Part shown: in pieces, positions 1 through 10,436 of the stretch
Layout of the letters: each line of letters begins with the position of its first letter
Numbering within the stretch: position 1 is the first letter of the stretch
Assembly: GCA_965223415.1 (NCBI GenBank)
Contig: OZ245002.1
Location: 4,296,757 to 4,360,756, forward strand
Direction of reading: 5' to 3'
Origin: Myxococcota bacterium
GTDB lineage: Bacteria > Myxococcota_A > UBA9160 > UBA6930
Length of the DNA: 64,000 nucleotides
Made by a program: the position numbers and the translations under genes
Notes under the pieces: model-generated
What the model was told of the DNA's origin: nothing
Databases searched by the model: none
The model's input: the letters and a program-made list of their open reading frames with translations, nothing else

Positions 1-1278
1 GTGCGCTACATGAACCCCGCTTCCTTCGAGTCGCTGAAGCAGGTTCGGGAACACCTGCCGGTGTCCGCCGACGAGATCATCGGAATCAACATCGACGTGT
101 TCCACACCCAGCCTGAGAAGGTTCGCTCCATCCTCTCGGATCCCAATCGGCTTCCCCACTCGACCCAGATTCAGATCGGCCCGGAGATGGTGCAGCTCTC
201 CGCATCGGCCATTCTCGACGATGACGGTGAGCTAGAGGGCTATCTGGCCTCGTGGTGGTTCATCACCGAGAAAGTGAAGAACGAGCGCGAGGTCCAGGAG
301 GCCGCCGAGCGCGAGCAGCGGATGGCCGAGGACCTGCGGGCCCGGGTCGACAGGATGCTCCAGATCGTCAACGCCGCGAGCGCCGGCGATCTGACTCAGG
401 ACCTGAGCGTCGAGGGCGACGACGCGGTAGGGTGCATGGGCCAGGAGCTGGCGCGCTTCTTCGCCGACCTGCGCCAGAACATCGCCTCGATCGGCGAAAA
501 CGCCTCAGCCCTGGCCTCCGCCGCCGAGGAGCTCACGGCCACCAGCCAGGAGATGGGCGCCAACGCCGAACGGACCTCCCAGCAGGCCGGCGTGGTGTCC
601 TCGGCGTCGGACCAGGTGAACGACAACGTGCAAGCCGTGGCGACGAGTACGGAGCAGCTCTCGGCCAGCATTCGCGAGATCTCCCGCAATGCGTCGGAGG
701 CGGCGCAGATCGCGACCCAGGCCGTCACCGTCGCGAGCAACACCAACGCATCTGTCGCGAAGCTGGGCGAAAGCAGTGTCGAGATCGGCAACGTCATCAA
801 GGTGATCAACTCCATCGCGGAGCAGACCAACCTGCTGGCTCTGAACGCCACCATCGAGGCCGCGCGGGCCGGCGAGGCGGGCAAGGGCTTCGCCGTCGTC
901 GCCAACGAGGTGAAGGAGCTCGCCAAGCAGACCGCCGACGCGACCGAGGACATCAGCCAGAAGATCGAAGCCATCCAGGGCGATACGGGCGAGGCCGTGC
1001 AGGCGATCGGGCAGATCAGCGACGTGATCAACCAGATCAACGACATCTCCAACACGATCGCCAGTGCCGTCGAGGAGCAGACCGCCACCACCGGTGAGAT
1101 CACACGGAGCGTGCAGAACGCGGCGGAGAGCACCGAGGAGATCAGCCAGAACATCATGGAGGTCGCCCGGGGCGCCGACGGCACGAACGCGGGGGCAGGC
1201 GATACCCAGCGAGCGGCCCGGGAGTTGGCGAAGATGGCGGAGGAGCTGCAGACCCTGGTCGGGCGCTTCACGTACTAG
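1..1278 (+). CDS. Methyl-accepting chemotaxis protein, 5'-truncated by the window edge (PAS-like segment plus MCP signalling domain)
   Basis: Frame is open from base 1. Translation has a PAS-like YMNPA segment, then MCP heptad repeats with the hairpin core [35 protein letters not shown]. Sits directly upstream of cheA. Confidence 0.9.
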   Translation: MRYMNPASFESLKQVREHLPVSADEIIGINIDVFHTQPEKVRSILSDPNRLPHSTQIQIGPEMVQLSASAILDDDGELEGYLASWWFITEKVKNEREVQEAAEREQRMAEDLRARVDRMLQIVNAASAGDLTQDLSVEGDDAVGCMGQELARFFADLRQNIASIGENASALASAAEELTATSQEMGANAERTSQQAGVVSSASDQVNDNVQAVATSTEQLSASIREISRNASEAAQIATQAVTVASNTNASVAKLGESSVEIGNVIKVINSIAEQTNLLALNATIEAARAGEAGKGFAVVANEVKELAKQTADATEDISQKIEAIQGDTGEAVQAIGQISDVINQINDISNTIASAVEEQTATTGEITRSVQNAAESTEEISQNIMEVARGADGTNAGAGDTQRAARELAKMAEELQTLVGRFTY

Positions 1279-1306
1279 GGGCGCCTGGTCCTCCGAGAGG
1301 CATCCG

Positions 1307-3634
1307 ATGTCTGACATGGCTGACGACGAGCTGATCCAGGAATTCCTGGTCGAGAGCTACGAAAACCTGGACGAGCTGGACGAGCGCTTCGTCGAGCTGG
1401 AGTCGGATCCGGGCAACGTGGAGACGCTCTCGGCGATCTTTCGCACGATTCACACGATCAAGGGAACGAGCGGTTTCCTCGGGCTCGGCAAGCTCGAGCG
1501 GGTGACTCACGTCGGAGAGAGCCTGCTGAGCCGCCTGCGCGACGGCGCGCTAGTTCTCAGCGAGGACACGATCACGGCGCTCCTCAGCCTGGTCGACGAA
1601 GTGCGCCGAATTCTCGGGCAGGTCGAGACCGATGGCCGGGAGGGTGACGAAGACCACGCGGAGCTGATCGCGCAGCTCGAGGCGCTGCTCAGCGGTGAAG
1701 CGCCGGCGGCTGCAGAGCCGATGCCGCGGCAGAACGTCGGCGATATCCTCGTGCAAACGACGGGCGCCACTCCCGAGGACGTGGCCCAGGCCGCCGCCGA
1801 GCAGAGCGAGGGGGATCCGCGCCACCTGGGGGAAATCCTCGTCGCGAAGGGCAAGATCGAGCCGGATCAGGTACGCGACGCCCTCGAGGCCCAACAGGTC
1901 CAGGCGCGCACCACCAGCGGCCACTCCTCAGCGACCGAGAAATCGATCCGTATCGATGTCGGACTCCTCGACCAACTAATGAACCTGGTCGGCGAGCTGG
2001 TGCTGGCCCGCAACCAGATCCTCGAATACTCGGAGTCGAAGCTGGACGGTGCGTTCCTGAACACGAGCCAGCGGCTCAACCTGGTCACGACCGAGCTGCA
2101 GGAAGCCGCCATGAAGACCCGCATGCAGCCGATCGGCAACGTCTGGTCGAAGTTTCCGCGGGTCGTTCGGGACCTCTCGAAGGGCTGCGGGAAGGCCGTC
2201 GGCCTCGAAATGTCCGGCAAGGAAACGGAGCTCGATCGGACGATCCTGGAGGCGATCAAGGACCCGCTGACCCACCTGATCCGCAATGCCGTGGACCACG
2301 GAATCGAGAGCGCCGAGGAGCGCGCCGCCCGGGGCAAGCCTGAAGAGGGACAGATCGTACTGCGCGCCTACCACGAAGGCGGTCAGGTCAACATCGACAT
2401 CGAGGACGACGGGGGGGGTATCGATCCCGACGTGATGCGGGAGAAGGGCGTTCGCAAGGGCGTTGTCCCGGCGGATCACGCCGCCGCCATGAGCGAGCGC
2501 GAGGCAGTCAACCTGCTCTTCCTTCCCGGCTTCTCGACCGCCGAGAAGGTGACCAACGTGTCTGGCCGCGGTGTGGGCATGGACGTGGTCAAGTCGAACA
2601 TCGAGCGCATCGGCGGGGTCGTTGACGTCGTCAGCCGAGTCGGTGCTGGAACGACGTTCAAGCTCAAGATCCCGCTCACGCTGGCGATCATCCCAGCCCT
2701 CGTGGTGACCTCTCTCGGCCAGCGCTTCTGCATCCCCCAGGTGAGCCTCGTCGAGCTTGTTCGGCTCGAAGGGCGCGAGGCGGAGCTGGGTGTCGAGATG
2801 GTCCACGGTGCTCCGGTCCACCGCCTGCGCGGAGACCTGCTCCCGCTGGTCTACCTGAACGACGTGCTCGGCCTGCCGTCGTCGCGGGAGGGGTCCGACG
2901 AGGAGCACCAGGGGAAACTCAACATCGCCGTATTGCAGGCCGAGGGTGGTCGCTTCGGCCTCGTTCTCGACGCGGTCAACGACACCCAGGAGATCGTGGT
3001 CAAACCCATCGGGAGCCAGCTGAAGGAAGTTCGGGAGTTCGCCGGCGCGACGATCATGGGGGACGGGCGCGTGGCTCTCATCCTCGACGTGGTCGGATTG
3101 GCCGAGCGGGCCCAGATGGCCTCAACGGCCCAGGGAGCGCAGGCCTCCGACGCGGCGGGTTCCGACCACGCCGAGGAGGGCGGTGGGCGCTCGCGATCAC
3201 TGCTTCTGTTCAAGGCCGGCGACGACACGCGCATGGCGATTCCGCTCTCGACGGTCGCCCGGCTCGAGAGCTTCCCGCTGCAGCGGGTCGAGGCTCTCGG
3301 CGGGCAGGCCGTGATCCAATACCGCGAGCAGATCCTGCCGCTGGTCCGCGTCGAGGACTTGGTGGCGGGTCGCGTGTTCTCGGGTGACCTCGGGCATGCG
3401 GAGCCTGGGGAGGGCGCAACGATCTCGGCTGTCGTCTACTCGGCGGAAGGTGGGAGCCTCGGCGTCGTCGTGGAGGACATCCTGGACATTGTGGAGGAGC
3501 AGCCCCCTGCCGGAGGCAGCGACACCGAGGGCGCCGAGGGCCTGGTGATTCACGGCCGCGTTACCGAGCTCATCGATCTGGCCGACTCGATCGGTCGCGT
3601 CCTCCCGCAACTCTCAGCGGCGATCGAGGCCTGA
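1307..3634 (+). CDS. cheA: Chemotaxis histidine kinase CheA with two C-terminal CheW-like domains
   Basis: In-frame ATG at 1307 of ORF 1064..3634. Hpt box FRTIHTIKGTSG, dimerisation/HATPase motifs (IRNAVDHGIE, DDGGGID, GRGVGMDVV), then two CheW-like segments. The upstream part of the ORF is Arg/Pro-rich overlap with the MCP gene. Confidence 0.92.
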   Translation: MSDMADDELIQEFLVESYENLDELDERFVELESDPGNVETLSAIFRTIHTIKGTSGFLGLGKLERVTHVGESLLSRLRDGALVLSEDTITALLSLVDEVRRILGQVETDGREGDEDHAELIAQLEALLSGEAPAAAEPMPRQNVGDILVQTTGATPEDVAQAAAEQSEGDPRHLGEILVAKGKIEPDQVRDALEAQQVQARTTSGHSSATEKSIRIDVGLLDQLMNLVGELVLARNQILEYSESKLDGAFLNTSQRLNLVTTELQEAAMKTRMQPIGNVWSKFPRVVRDLSKGCGKAVGLEMSGKETELDRTILEAIKDPLTHLIRNAVDHGIESAEERAARGKPEEGQIVLRAYHEGGQVNIDIEDDGGGIDPDVMREKGVRKGVVPADHAAAMSEREAVNLLFLPGFSTAEKVTNVSGRGVGMDVVKSNIERIGGVVDVVSRVGAGTTFKLKIPLTLAIIPALVVTSLGQRFCIPQVSLVELVRLEGREAELGVEMVHGAPVHRLRGDLLPLVYLNDVLGLPSSREGSDEEHQGKLNIAVLQAEGGRFGLVLDAVNDTQEIVVKPIGSQLKEVREFAGATIMGDGRVALILDVVGLAERAQMASTAQGAQASDAAGSDHAEEGGGRSRSLLLFKAGDDTRMAIPLSTVARLESFPLQRVEALGGQAVIQYREQILPLVRVEDLVAGRVFSGDLGHAEPGEGATISAVVYSAEGGSLGVVVEDILDIVEEQPPAGGSDTEGAEGLVIHGRVTELIDLADSIGRVLPQLSAAIEA

Positions 3635-3637
3635 CCT

Positions 3638-4090
3638 GTGGAACCGCGTCGCTACTGCACCTTCTACCTGGCGGATCTTCTCTTCGGCTTGCCAGTCGAA
3701 CGCGTGCAGGAGGTGATCCGCGCCCAGCCGATGACGGCCGTACCGCTGGCGCCGACAGCAATTCGGGGCCTGATGAACCTTCGCGGCCAGATCATCACGG
3801 TGCTGGAGTTGCGCCGGCGCCTGGAGTTGCCTGATCGCGATCCCGACCGGGAGCCGACCAACGTCGTGGTCCAGGCCGAGGAGGGAGCGATCAGCCTGCT
3901 CGTCGATCGCATCAGTGACGTGCTGGAAGTGGGGGACGAGGCCTTTGAGCCGCCGCCCCAGAACTTGCACGGCGAAGCTCGAGAGCTGATCCGAGGTGCC
4001 TACAAGCTGGAAGGCCGGCTCCTTCTGGTGCTCGACATCGAGAAGACCCTCGAGATCGGCAGGCGGCGCGCGGGCTCCCGAGCAGCCTGA
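3638..4090 (+). CDS. cheW: Chemotaxis coupling protein CheW
   Basis: 150 aa, typical CheW sequence (YCTFYLADLLFGLPVERVQEV...LMNLRGQIITVLELRRRL). GTG start 4 nt after the cheA stop. Confidence 0.9.
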   Translation: MEPRRYCTFYLADLLFGLPVERVQEVIRAQPMTAVPLAPTAIRGLMNLRGQIITVLELRRRLELPDRDPDREPTNVVVQAEEGAISLLVDRISDVLEVGDEAFEPPPQNLHGEARELIRGAYKLEGRLLLVLDIEKTLEIGRRRAGSRAA

Positions 4091-5238
4091 TGGTGCTTCC
4101 CCGGGGCGAGCGCCCCCACGCGCGTGTTCGCAGAAAGATCGGAGTCCTGGTTGTCGACGACTCGGTCGTCGTCCGGCGGATCCTTCGCAACGCCATCGAA
4201 TCCGATCCCGAGTTCGAAGTGGTCGGGACCGCGGCCAACGGCCGGGTCGCCGTCGCCCTCGTCCAGAGCCTCCGTCCGGACGCCATCACCCTCGACGTGG
4301 AGATGCCGGTGATGGGCGGCATCGAAACGTTGAAGGAGCTGCGCAGGCGGAGGCTCTCACTTCCGGTCGTGATGTTCTCGACGCTCACAGAGGCGGGCGC
4401 TCGAACGACCATCGAGGCGCTCTCGCTGGGTGCCAGCGATTATGCTCCCAAGCCCTCCCAGACGGACCCGGAAGCCTCCGCCGAGGAAGTGCGAAGGACA
4501 CTTCTGCCCAAGCTGAAGGCCCTCTGTCGGCAAGTGCCCCCGCCCTGTCGGCGGCGGGCGCCCGCGCCCTCGTCGCCGCCTCCCAGCGATCGCGGTCGTT
4601 CGCCCATCGCGAGGTCGCCCGCCCTGGAGCTGGTCGCGGTGGGGGCCTCGACGGGCGGGCCCAACGCGCTCGCTCACCTGCTGCCGGCACTACCCGACCG
4701 CTTCCCCGTCCCGGTCGTAGTCGTGCAGCACATGCCTCCGGTGTTCACCCGTCTCCTCGCGGAGCGCCTGGACAGCAGGACCGCGCTCCGCGTCGTGGAG
4801 GGCTCCGCGGGAGCGCTCCTCGAGCCGCGTACGGTGTACGTGGCACCCGGCGGCTTCCACATGACCGTCGCGCGCAAGGGGCCGCGACTCGCACTGGCTC
4901 TCGACCGGAAGCCCCCCGAACATGGCTGTCGGCCCGCGGCCGATCCCCTGTTCCGATCCGCTTCAGCGACGCTAGGCGCCGGCGCGCTCGGCGTGGTGCT
5001 CACCGGCATGGGGCGCGACGGCTGCGACGGAGCGAGGGCGCTGGTGGAGGCCGGCGCGAAGGTCGTCGCGCAGGACGCAGAGAGCTCCGTCGTGTGGGGG
5101 ATGGCCGGGAGTGTCGTCGAGGGAGGGCTGGCGGAAGCGGTCCTGCCGCTGTCCGAGCTGGCCGGCGAGATCGTCCGTCGCGTGGAGGCCGGCCGGCCCC
5201 AGCACCCTCGGGTGCGCCCGGAGGCAAAGGCGGGATGA
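4090..5238 (+). CDS. cheB: Chemotaxis response regulator protein-glutamate methylesterase CheB
   Basis: N-terminal receiver (VLVVDDS...DAITLDVEMPVMGG) plus methylesterase domain (GASTGGP, VVVQHMP, TGMGRDG). The ATG overlaps the cheW stop (TGATG). Confidence 0.92.
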   Translation: MVLPRGERPHARVRRKIGVLVVDDSVVVRRILRNAIESDPEFEVVGTAANGRVAVALVQSLRPDAITLDVEMPVMGGIETLKELRRRRLSLPVVMFSTLTEAGARTTIEALSLGASDYAPKPSQTDPEASAEEVRRTLLPKLKALCRQVPPPCRRRAPAPSSPPPSDRGRSPIARSPALELVAVGASTGGPNALAHLLPALPDRFPVPVVVVQHMPPVFTRLLAERLDSRTALRVVEGSAGALLEPRTVYVAPGGFHMTVARKGPRLALALDRKPPEHGCRPAADPLFRSASATLGAGALGVVLTGMGRDGCDGARALVEAGAKVVAQDAESSVVWGMAGSVVEGGLAEAVLPLSELAGEIVRRVEAGRPQHPRVRPEAKAG

Positions 5239-6062
5239 AGTCGGACGAATTTCGTTTCCTCTCCGAGCTCGTCCATGATTTCTCCGGCATCGTTCTCGAC
5301 GAAGGGAAGCGCTACCTGGTGGAGTCGCGCCTCGCTCCTTGCCTCCCGGAGCACGGAATTCGCAGCTTCGGAGAGCTCGTCGCCCGGCTCCAGGAGCCGG
5401 GCCGACAACTCCTCGCAGAGCTGGTGGTGGACGCGATGACTACCAACGAGACGCTCTTCTTCCGAGATCCCGCAATGTTCGACGCGCTCCGGAACCAGGT
5501 GCTGCCTCGTCTCGTCGTGGCCCGGGACTCGGCGAAACAGCTTCGGCTCTGGTGCGGAGCGTCGGCGACAGGTCAGGAGCCCTACAGCATTGCGGTCACG
5601 ATCCGGGAGGCGTTTCCCGAGCTTGCGTCCTGGGACGTGACGCTCCTGGCGACGGACCTCTCCCGCAGCGCGCTCGCTCGAGCCGAGGAAGGGGTCTACT
5701 CCGATCTCGAGGTCCGGCGGGGCCTCGATGAGGAGCTGCGCGACAGGTACTTCATCGCCAGGGACGGACGATGGGTCGCTCGCCAGGAGATCCGGCGTCT
5801 GGTGACCTTCCGCAACCTGAATCTCGTGCACCCGTGGCCGAACCTCGGCGACTTCGACGTCGTCTTCCTCCGCAACGTCCTGATCTACTTCGACGCCGAG
5901 ACGAAGAAGGGCGTCATGCAGCGCGTGCGCAAGGTCGTGCGGCCGGACGGATATCTGTTCCTGGCCGCGACCGAGAACCCACCTGGCGCCCAGTGCGACT
6001 GGGTGCGAGAGCCGTGGCGCGGTGCGGGCTGTCTCTCTCCTCGAACTCGCGGGGACAGGTAG
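5235..6062 (+). CDS. cheR: Chemotaxis protein methyltransferase CheR
   Basis: In-frame ATG at 5235 of ORF 3996..6062, forming an ATGA overlap with the cheB stop. CheR motifs include TNETLFFRD, LRLWCGASATGQEPYSIA and FLRNVLIYFD. Confidence 0.9.
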   Translation: MKSDEFRFLSELVHDFSGIVLDEGKRYLVESRLAPCLPEHGIRSFGELVARLQEPGRQLLAELVVDAMTTNETLFFRDPAMFDALRNQVLPRLVVARDSAKQLRLWCGASATGQEPYSIAVTIREAFPELASWDVTLLATDLSRSALARAEEGVYSDLEVRRGLDEELRDRYFIARDGRWVARQEIRRLVTFRNLNLVHPWPNLGDFDVVFLRNVLIYFDAETKKGVMQRVRKVVRPDGYLFLAATENPPGAQCDWVREPWRGAGCLSPRTRGDR

Positions 6063-6217
6063 CTCGGGTGAAGGACTGGGGCGGCATGGGGGAGAGCCCC
6101 GGGGAACCCGTTTCGCGCAGGCGAGACCGACGGCGAACCAGCCGATTCGCGTTCACGTTCACGCTTCGAGGGGCCGAAGACGGTGTTGACCGCTGCGACC
6201 TGGAGAGGAGAGAACGC

Positions 6218-6574
6218 ATGAAGGTCCTCTTGATCGACGACTCGGGCGTGATGCGCAAGATGATCACTCGCGCGCTCCGTCAGAGCGGGGTCGACGTGGA
6301 GAGCGTGAGCGAGGCTGGCAACGGCAAGGAGGGCCTGGAGGTCCTCGCCAAGGAGACGTTCGACTTCGTCATCTGCGACTGGAACATGCCGGTGATGAAC
6401 GGCCTCGACTTCGTGAAGAAGGCTCGCGAGAGCGACGAGACGCCGATCATGATGCTCAGCACTGAGGGGACCGGGGACAAGGTCCAGGAGGCCATGGACG
6501 CCGGCGCGAACGGCTACCTCACCAAACCCTTCACTCCCGAGAAGCTCGAAGCGAAGATCAACTCGATCGTCTAG
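6218..6574 (+). CDS. cheY: Single-domain response regulator CheY
   Basis: In-frame ATG at 6218 preceded by GGAGAGGAGAG. 118 aa: MKVLLIDDSGVMRKM...DFVICDWNMPVMNG...GANGYLTKPF. Confidence 0.9.
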   Translation: MKVLLIDDSGVMRKMITRALRQSGVDVESVSEAGNGKEGLEVLAKETFDFVICDWNMPVMNGLDFVKKARESDETPIMMLSTEGTGDKVQEAMDAGANGYLTKPFTPEKLEAKINSIV

Positions 6575-6584
6575 GGAACGGATC

Positions 6585-7169
6585 ATGCCGAAAGATCCTC
6601 ACACCAATGTCGCCAGGCTCACCCACCGGATGCTCTCCGAAGTCGCTGACGACTGGCAGGAGATGCTCGGCATTCAGCTCGCGACGGAGCTGTTCGGAGT
6701 CTGCACCGGCTCCGGGGACGCAATGGCCAAGGCCGTGCCCGGAAGAGTCGTCGTGATCGAGACGCAGATCACCGGCGACGCCGAGGGCTCGGTGCATTTC
6801 GTCTTTACGGAGGTGTTCGCGGCGCGCGTGGTCGGGACGATGGTGATGCTCCCCGAAAGCACCATCAAGGAGAAGGAGGAGAATGGCCTCGAGGAGTCCG
6901 ATCTCGAGGCCTTCCAGGAGATGGCGAACCTGCTCTGCGGCACCTGCAACAACCTCTTCCAGAAACTCGGGCGGAAGATCCGCGTGAGCCAGGCCGTGGA
7001 GGACCTGAAGGTCCACTGCCTCGAGCTGCCCGGCGACGGGCTCTTCCCCGTCGGCGACCTGGTGGGCGTGAGGGTGGAGTGCATTCTCGACGGGCGGACC
7101 TTTCCCGCGATGCAGGTCTTCGGGGCCGAGCTGGGCAGCGCGTTGAGCAAGCGCGTTCCGGTGAGCTAG
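6585..7169 (+). CDS. CheX/CheC-like chemotaxis phosphatase (putative)
   Basis: 194 aa immediately after cheY. Contains an E-x2-N element (LEAFQEMANLL) resembling the CheC/CheX active-site motif. The assignment rests on overall resemblance and context only. Confidence 0.6.
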   Translation: MPKDPHTNVARLTHRMLSEVADDWQEMLGIQLATELFGVCTGSGDAMAKAVPGRVVVIETQITGDAEGSVHFVFTEVFAARVVGTMVMLPESTIKEKEENGLEESDLEAFQEMANLLCGTCNNLFQKLGRKIRVSQAVEDLKVHCLELPGDGLFPVGDLVGVRVECILDGRTFPAMQVFGAELGSALSKRVPVS

Positions 7170-7171
7170 GC

Positions 7172-7963
7172 ATGCCCGTCGGCGAGGCCTTCGGCAGCCG
7201 CGGCGATCCGCGCATCGGCGCGGACCTGCCGGTGCGGCTGTACTCCAGCAGCTTCAGCGGGCCTCTCGCGGCTCGGACCCGGGACCTCTCGGTGGGTGGC
7301 GCCTGCCTCGCCACCGATTCGCCGGTCGCGCCCAAGTCCATCCAGCGCGTGGAGATCCAGCTCGACGGGGACTGGCTCGCCCTGGACGCCCAGGGCCGCT
7401 GGCAGAGCGTCGAGGCCGGGGACGACGTGGTGATGACGGGCGTCGAGTTCATGGAGCCGAGCGACGAGGCTGTCGACCGGCTGTGGGACGCGGTGCTCGA
7501 GGGGGGCAAGCGACTGGCGCGCTTCCTCTACGTCGGCTCGGACCTGCGGCCGCTCGGCGTCGACGGCGCCATGGGTCTCTCGCAGATCACGCGCGTGCGC
7601 AACCTCCCCGCAGGCCACACCCTCTACCGCCAGGACAAGGACCCGGAGAACTCCGAGTCGATCTTCGTGGTCGAGAAGGGGACGGTGATCCTCCAGGTGC
7701 GCGCTCGTGGTGTGCGGGAGGTGCCGATCGACAAGGTGGGCAGCGGCCAGGTCTTCGGCGGCCTCTCGATGCTGGCGGGTGTTCCGCCCAGCGAGTCCGC
7801 GATCACCGAGACCGACGCCGTGCTCCTCGAGTTCGACGCGCGGGGCTACCAGTACCTGGCGCGCAACAAGCCCTGGCTCGCCCAGGAGCTCGGCCAGATC
7901 GTCACGACCACCTACGTGCGGAGGCTGCACCGAGTGCTCGAACGGGTGCGCGACCAGCTCTAG
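7172..7963 (+). CDS. PilZ domain / cyclic-nucleotide-binding-like (CAP_ED) fusion protein
   Basis: ATG at 7172, 2 nt after the CheX-like stop. N-terminal PilZ motifs RGDPR (RxxxR) and DLSVGG (DxSxxG). C-terminal CAP effector-type fold (GQVFGGLSMLAGVPPSESAITETDAVLLEF). Confidence 0.8.
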   Translation: MPVGEAFGSRGDPRIGADLPVRLYSSSFSGPLAARTRDLSVGGACLATDSPVAPKSIQRVEIQLDGDWLALDAQGRWQSVEAGDDVVMTGVEFMEPSDEAVDRLWDAVLEGGKRLARFLYVGSDLRPLGVDGAMGLSQITRVRNLPAGHTLYRQDKDPENSESIFVVEKGTVILQVRARGVREVPIDKVGSGQVFGGLSMLAGVPPSESAITETDAVLLEFDARGYQYLARNKPWLAQELGQIVTTTYVRRLHRVLERVRDQL

Positions 7964-7992
7964 GCGGCCGCGAACCGCTAGGGTAGGAGGCC

Positions 7993-8838
7993 ATGCGCCC
8001 CGCCTCGCTCCTCGTCGGCCTCGCGATCCTGGCGACGGCGTCTCTCGCTGCGGAACCGCTCGCCGGGGAGGCGCGCCTCCGCTTCGTGCGCGACGGTGCC
8101 CTCGTGGCGGCGCCGGGCGTGGCGGCGCTTCGGGCCGCCTGCAGCGAGCGCACCCTCGAGGTTGGTACGGATCCGTACTACGGCGTGGCGAAGCGCTTCC
8201 GGGTGTGCCCGCTGCGCGAGGTGCTTGCCCTGGGCTTCGGCGACGCGGAGGCCCTGGCGGAAGAAGGCTTCCTGCTGCGGGCCCTGGACGGCTACACGCG
8301 TTCGGCAGAGGGCAGCCAGCTGCTCGATCCAGGCGCCCACCTGGCCTTCGCCGACGCGGATCGGCTGGCCCGGGGCGAAGCGGGCTTCGACCCGATCGAC
8401 CGCCGGCAGGTGGATCCGGCGCCCTTCTATCTGGTGTGGGAGCGGCCCGAGCAGTGGGACGCCCACGCCTGGCCCTGGCCCTACCAGCTGGCGACCATCG
8501 AGGTGGCGAGCTTCGCCGATCGCCACCCGCACACGGTGCCGAGCGGCGCCGAGCCCGGCTCCGCCGAGGCGCGGGGCTACGGGCTCTTCCAACGGGAGTG
8601 CGCCCACTGCCACGCGATCAACGGCGAGGGCGGCAAGGTCGGCCCGGAGCTGAATGTGCCCCGCAACATCCTCGAGTACCGGTCCGAGCCCCAGCTCCGG
8701 GCGTTCATCCGGGATCCCCAGAGCTTCCGCTACACGAGCATGCCCGCTCATGGGCACCTGTCCGAGGCGGACCTGGACGCGTTGCTCGCCTACCTGCGAC
8801 AGATGGGCAGCCAAAAGCACGACCCGGGGACGCCGTGA
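7993..8838 (+). CDS. Secreted c-type cytochrome with an uncharacterised N-terminal domain
   Basis: Signal peptide [20 protein letters not shown]. Single CxxCH site (CAHCH) followed by [12 protein letters not shown]...SMP near the C-terminus. Confidence 0.8.
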   Translation: MRPASLLVGLAILATASLAAEPLAGEARLRFVRDGALVAAPGVAALRAACSERTLEVGTDPYYGVAKRFRVCPLREVLALGFGDAEALAEEGFLLRALDGYTRSAEGSQLLDPGAHLAFADADRLARGEAGFDPIDRRQVDPAPFYLVWERPEQWDAHAWPWPYQLATIEVASFADRHPHTVPSGAEPGSAEARGYGLFQRECAHCHAINGEGGKVGPELNVPRNILEYRSEPQLRAFIRDPQSFRYTSMPAHGHLSEADLDALLAYLRQMGSQKHDPGTP

Positions 8839-9662
8839 CGACGGTCGGCCTCCTCCATCCCGGCGAGATGGGCGCGAGCCTCGCAGCGGCGGCGCGGAAG
8901 GCGGGCCACCGGGTCGTGGTGGCGCTCCGGGGCCGCAGTGCCGCTACCAAGGATCGCGCGGACGCCGCGGGTGTGGAGGATCTCGGCGAGCTCGCGCGGC
9001 TCGGCGCGGAGAGCGACGTGATCGCGAGCGTGTGTCCGCCCCACGCGGCCGCCGACGTGCTGGAGGCGGCCCTGGCCGCGGGCTTCGGCGGGCTCTACCT
9101 CGACGCCAACGCCATCGCGCCAGCGACCGCTCGCGCCCTGGCCCGTCGTTGCCAAGGACGTGTGCGCTTCGTGGACGGCGGCATCATCGGTCCGCCGGCT
9201 ACACCTCGTTTCCATCTCTCCGGGCCCGACGCCGAGGCGGTCGCAGGGTGCTTCGACGCCGAGCCGGTCCGCGTGCAGGTCGTCTCGGGGGAGGTCGGCG
9301 CGGCCTCCGCCCTGAAGATGGCCTTCGCGGCCTGGACGAAGGGCAGCGGCGCGCTCCTGGCGGCGACCTTCGCCCTGGCATCCGCCGAGGGCGTGGAGGA
9401 CGCGTTGCGCGAGGAGTGGGAGGCCCTGGTGCCCGATCTGCCCGGGCGCCTCGAGCGGGGCGTCCCGGCCACCGCGCCGAAGGCCTGGCGCTTCGAGGGC
9501 GAGATGCGCGAGATCGCGTCCGCCTTCGCCGCGGTGGACCTGCCCCAGGGCTTTCACGAGGCGGCCGCCGAGGTCTACCGGCGCCTCGGCCCCTTCAAGG
9601 ACGGCGCCGAGCCGCCGCCGCTCCCGCGCCTCGTCGCGGCCCTGCGCGACGGCGGGGAGTGA
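8835..9662 (+). CDS. NAD(P)-binding oxidoreductase, 6-phosphogluconate-dehydrogenase-like (DUF1932-type)
   Basis: In-frame GTG at 8835 forming a GTGA overlap with the upstream stop. Rossmann N-terminus [25 protein letters not shown]. Confidence 0.65.
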   Translation: MTTVGLLHPGEMGASLAAAARKAGHRVVVALRGRSAATKDRADAAGVEDLGELARLGAESDVIASVCPPHAAADVLEAALAAGFGGLYLDANAIAPATARALARRCQGRVRFVDGGIIGPPATPRFHLSGPDAEAVAGCFDAEPVRVQVVSGEVGAASALKMAFAAWTKGSGALLAATFALASAEGVEDALREEWEALVPDLPGRLERGVPATAPKAWRFEGEMREIASAFAAVDLPQGFHEAAAEVYRRLGPFKDGAEPPPLPRLVAALRDGGE

Positions 9663-9703
9663 TACCCTCTCCCCCCCGTTTCTCTGGTGAGGATCCCGGC
9701 CCG

Positions 9704-10393
9704 ATGATCGATCTCTACACCGCCCCGACCCCGAACGGCTGGAAGGTGTCGATCACCCTCGAGGAGCTGGCACTGCCCTACGCGGTGCACGGGATCGACC
9801 TGACCGCGAACCAGCAGAAGGAGCCCTGGTTCCTGGAGATCAACCCGAACGGGCGCATCCCGGCGATCGTCGATCGGGATGCCGGCGACTTCCCGGTCTT
9901 CGAGTCCGGAGCCATCATGCTCTACCTGGCCGAGAAGGCCGCCGACGGGCGTCTCCTGCCGACGGATCCGGCCGGCCGCTCCCGGGTGATGCAGTGGCTG
10001 ATGTTCCAGATGGGCGGCGTCGGGCCGATGCAGGGCCAGGCCAACGTCTTCTTCCGCTACTTCCCGGAGAAGCTGCCGGCGGCGATCGCCCGCTACCAGA
10101 ACGAGACCCGGCGGCTCTACGGCGTGCTCGACGCCCAGCTCGCCCGGGGCGAGTGGCTGGCCGGCGAGTACAGCCTCGCCGACATCGCCAACTTCAGCTG
10201 GGTGCGCATTCGCGGCTGGTCCGGCATCGATTGCTCTGGCATGCCGAACCTCGAGCGTTGGATCCTGGCCATGGAGGAGCGTCCGGCGGTCCAGGCCGGC
10301 CTGGCCGTACCCCAGCCCCTCGAGTTCCCGACCGACGACGACGCGGCCCTGGAGCGCACCGCGGCGGGCGCCCGGAAGATCCTCCAGCAATGA
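9704..10393 (+). CDS. Glutathione S-transferase, Nu-class (YfcG/YghU-like)
   Basis: In-frame ATG at 9704. [22 protein letters not shown]...[17 protein letters not shown]...[14 protein letters not shown]. Confidence 0.85.
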   Translation: MIDLYTAPTPNGWKVSITLEELALPYAVHGIDLTANQQKEPWFLEINPNGRIPAIVDRDAGDFPVFESGAIMLYLAEKAADGRLLPTDPAGRSRVMQWLMFQMGGVGPMQGQANVFFRYFPEKLPAAIARYQNETRRLYGVLDAQLARGEWLAGEYSLADIANFSWVRIRGWSGIDCSGMPNLERWILAMEERPAVQAGLAVPQPLEFPTDDDAALERTAAGARKILQQ

Positions 10394-10436
10394 CGTCCCG
10401 CGCGATGATCGCCGGCGGTCGGCCCGCCTGAGCGAC

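Noticed and set aside
1064-1306. N-terminal extensions of many track ORFs (for example cheA from 1064, cheR from 3996, cheY from 5771, prs from 57706, glnS from 58539)
   Set aside because: The extensions overlap the preceding gene and are Arg/Pro-rich. Each contains an internal start with an SD or start/stop overlap, after which the recognisable family sequence begins.
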